A DNA stretch of 64,000 bases from assembly GCA_030390025.1 (NCBI GenBank), contig CM059433.1:496001-560000 (forward strand), read 5' to 3'. Source of the DNA: Squalus acanthias. Lineage: Eukaryota. The notes below the pieces were generated by a model. The model made no database searches and was not told the DNA's origin. It saw only the letters and a program-made list of their open reading frames with translations. The translations under genes were made by a program, and so were the position numbers. Position 1 is the stretch's first letter; every line of letters begins with the position of its first letter. This document shows, piece after piece, positions 63,026-64,000 of this stretch.

Positions 63026-63320
63026 GGTCATGAATGTGCGGGTTAGGTTGATTTGGCTATGATAAATTGACCCTTACTGTTAGGGGGGGATTAAATATGT
63101 GGGGTTACGGGGATAGGATGGGATATGTTAGGGGGAATTAAATACGTGGGGTTACGGGGATAGGGTGGGATATGTGTCGGTGCAGGCTCGATGGGGATTC
63201 TGTGTGAGGGGGTAGGGACAGGGTGCTGGATTTGGATGATCAGCCATGATCGTATTGAATGGTGGAGCAGGCTCGACGGGCCGAATGGCCTACTCCTGCT
63301 CCTAGTTTCTATGTTTCTAT
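63026..63320 (+). mobile_element. 5'-truncated V-SINE (HE1-like) with CR1 tail
   Basis: V-domain end tgtgcgggttaggttgatttggctatgataaattg; about 47-bp tandem duplication 63078-63172; CR1 3' UTR and tttctatgtttctat tail. Confidence 0.7.
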
Positions 63321-63408
63321 GATGTGGAGATGCCGGCGTTGGACTGGGGTGGACAAAAATGAGAAGTCGCACAACACCAGGTTATAGTCCAACAGATTTA
63401 TTTAAAAT

Positions 63409-63444
63409 TACAAGCTTTCGGAGCTGTCGCCCCTTCCTCAGGTA
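63409..63444 (-). ncRNA. Minimal hammerhead motif (minus-strand arm)
   Basis: Exact reverse complement of 63454-63489. Confidence 0.75.
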
Positions 63445-63453
63445 GAGTAACTC

Positions 63454-63489
63454 TACCTGAGGAAGGGGCGACAGCTCCGAAAGCTTGTA
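63454..63489 (+). ncRNA. Minimal hammerhead motif (plus-strand arm)
   Basis: UAC-CUGAGGA-A-GGGGC(GACA)GCUCC-GAAA-GCU-U-GUA. Confidence 0.75.
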
Positions 63490-64000
63490 ATTTTAAATAA
63501 ATCTGTTGGACTATAACCTGGTGTTGTGCGACTTCTCATTTTTATATAAATGCAAGTTGATGATTCTCTCCCTTCTCCCCAAGGGCGTCAAAAACCTTCT
63601 AATAGTATAAGCCTCACACCTGAAGAATAGCCGCTTAGGTGAGATATCGGAGGGCTTCCAGCACCCATGTAACCGTGCCGCAGCATGAGTTAGCATTTAC
63701 AGGAGAGACGGGGGATAATCTATATGGCCTTTTCTTTTGTTTCATATTGTGCATTGTTTTGTAAGAAGCTGTGTTACTATGGTGGTGGAATGGCCTCACA
63801 CAGTGGAGGTAGCGCTAAAGCTGTTAAGTTGGGATGCTGTAATCCTCCAAATGCACTTCTGCACAGTATGGAGCTTTATTTTGTTCACCTAATCCTGCAA
63901 TGTGGTTAGATATCCCCAAGCAAACTGACATTGGAATTTCTCCCATCGCGAGACATAAATAGCTGAGCTACTGTAAAAGAAAATATTGGCACTAAATAAT

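Larger units (their letters stand above)
63321..63543. mobile_element. Miniature palindromic Penelope-like insertion
   Basis: Antisense PLE tail 63321-63354 plus a perfect inverted repeat 63355-63448 / 63450-63543 of the PLE 3' terminal region. Confidence 0.92.
62823..63560 (+). mobile_element. L2 3' end, tail interrupted at 63026-63542
   Basis: LPKPLRLSTSLSSFKSLLKTYL; tail aaaggcgct...tatataaatgca|agttg. Confidence 0.8.
62170..63715 (+). mobile_element. AmnSINE2-like SINE split by nested insertions
   Basis: Pieces at about 62170-62315, 62703-62805 and 63565-63715 follow the order of the other copies. Confidence 0.55.

Overview
Eukaryotic, repeat-dense, essentially non-coding DNA (intron or intergenic). 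The repeat complement (CR1 LINEs, V-SINE, Deu-type, LF-SINE-like and AmnSINE2-like SINEs, GIY-YIG Penelope-like elements, Harbingers) suggests a cartilaginous fish (inference). No host protein-coding gene can be firmly identified; every long ORF is transposon-derived. Main contents: (1) many CR1 copies, one reaching into an esterase-type ORF1; (2) a Neptune-type Penelope-like element (PLE) inserted as a 3.4-kb inverted-arm structure with a 12-bp TSD; (3) minimal type-I hammerhead ribozyme motifs in PLE 3' ends, including a perfect 94-bp/94-bp palindrome (63355-63543) with a hammerhead on each strand; (4) a 7.3-kb two-gene Harbinger whose spliced Myb/SANT gene can be reconstructed across nested retroelements; (5) a LINE with a tRNA-like A/B-box head and no visible ORF1; (6) hairpin-bearing MITEs and deeply nested insertions. 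Family names are from recalled consensus resemblance, not database searches; boundaries of old repeats are approximate.
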